A stretch of DNA of 64,000 nt from Spirogloea muscicola. Lineage: Eukaryota. The notes under the pieces were generated by a model. The model was not told the origin of the DNA and ran no database searches. It saw nothing but the letters and a program-made list of their open reading frames with translations. Both the position numbers and the translations under genes were made by a program. Positions within the stretch are counted from its first letter, which is position 1, and the number at the start of each line of letters is the position of its first letter. Below, piece by piece: positions 63,683-64,000 of this stretch. The DNA lies in assembly GCA_009602725.1 (NCBI GenBank), contig WELB01000008.1, positions 1,230,720-1,294,719 of the forward strand, written 5' to 3'.

Positions 63683-63893
63683 ATGGCCGCGCTCTCCCTC
63701 CTCGGAGCCGCCTGCTGTGCGCCGCCGCACGAGCTCCGACGCTGTCCCGCCGCGGATGGCCTTGCAAGTGCCGCAGCAGAGGTGCCACCACCCCAGCACC
63801 GGCCGTCGAGCTCTCTTGTGAGGAGCCCCGTGCGCCGGAACGCCCCACGGCCTTTCCGCAGGCGGCGGCAGCAGCGACGGGACGGCTGCTTTG
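63683..63893 (+). CDS. Probable first exon (transit-peptide-like) of a gene continuing past the window
   Basis: GCCATGG context, an Ala/Arg/Ser/Pro-rich peptide MAALSLLGAACC..., and a donor G/GTACGT at 63893, all inside a GC island. Confidence 0.45.
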
Positions 63894-64000
63894 GTACGTA
63901 CTGTGGACGGTCGAGAGGATCTGCACAGGCCCGTCTTGTCTACTAGCACCTGGTCCGAGCTTCCGTGCACGGAAAAGAGTTGCCCAGCGGTCGAGAGGAA

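Noticed and set aside
63067..63684. Minus-strand 205-aa ORF sharing the CATG with the plus-strand start
   Set aside because: CATG is palindromic, and this frame does not splice obviously into the RsmD exons, whereas the ATG at 63139 does.

Overview
Eukaryotic, intron-rich nuclear sequence with plastid-targeted and plant-type genes. It looks like a streptophyte green alga, but the taxon is an inference. About 13 protein-coding genes: a BCAT-like PLP enzyme, PRP5/DDX46 helicase, ENY2/SUS1, an unknown glycine-zipper protein, an LPA1-like protein, a TPT-family transporter, three tandem secreted cupredoxins, a CHLH2/BchH-type Mg-chelatase H, LigB/DODA, an RsmD-like methyltransferase, and one partial gene at the right edge. 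Gene 5' ends are GC/CpG-rich islands. The main accessory signal is dense piles of 5'-truncated non-LTR retrotransposons with a restriction-like endonuclease (CRE-like, ORF ending ...SDLxLLTRGY*). They fall into at least three 3'-UTR families, sit almost only upstream of gene starts, are nested inside each other with visible target-site duplications, and carry a conserved structured 3' UTR. One copy contains a solo LTR. All exon and element boundaries were read by eye and are approximate unless stated.
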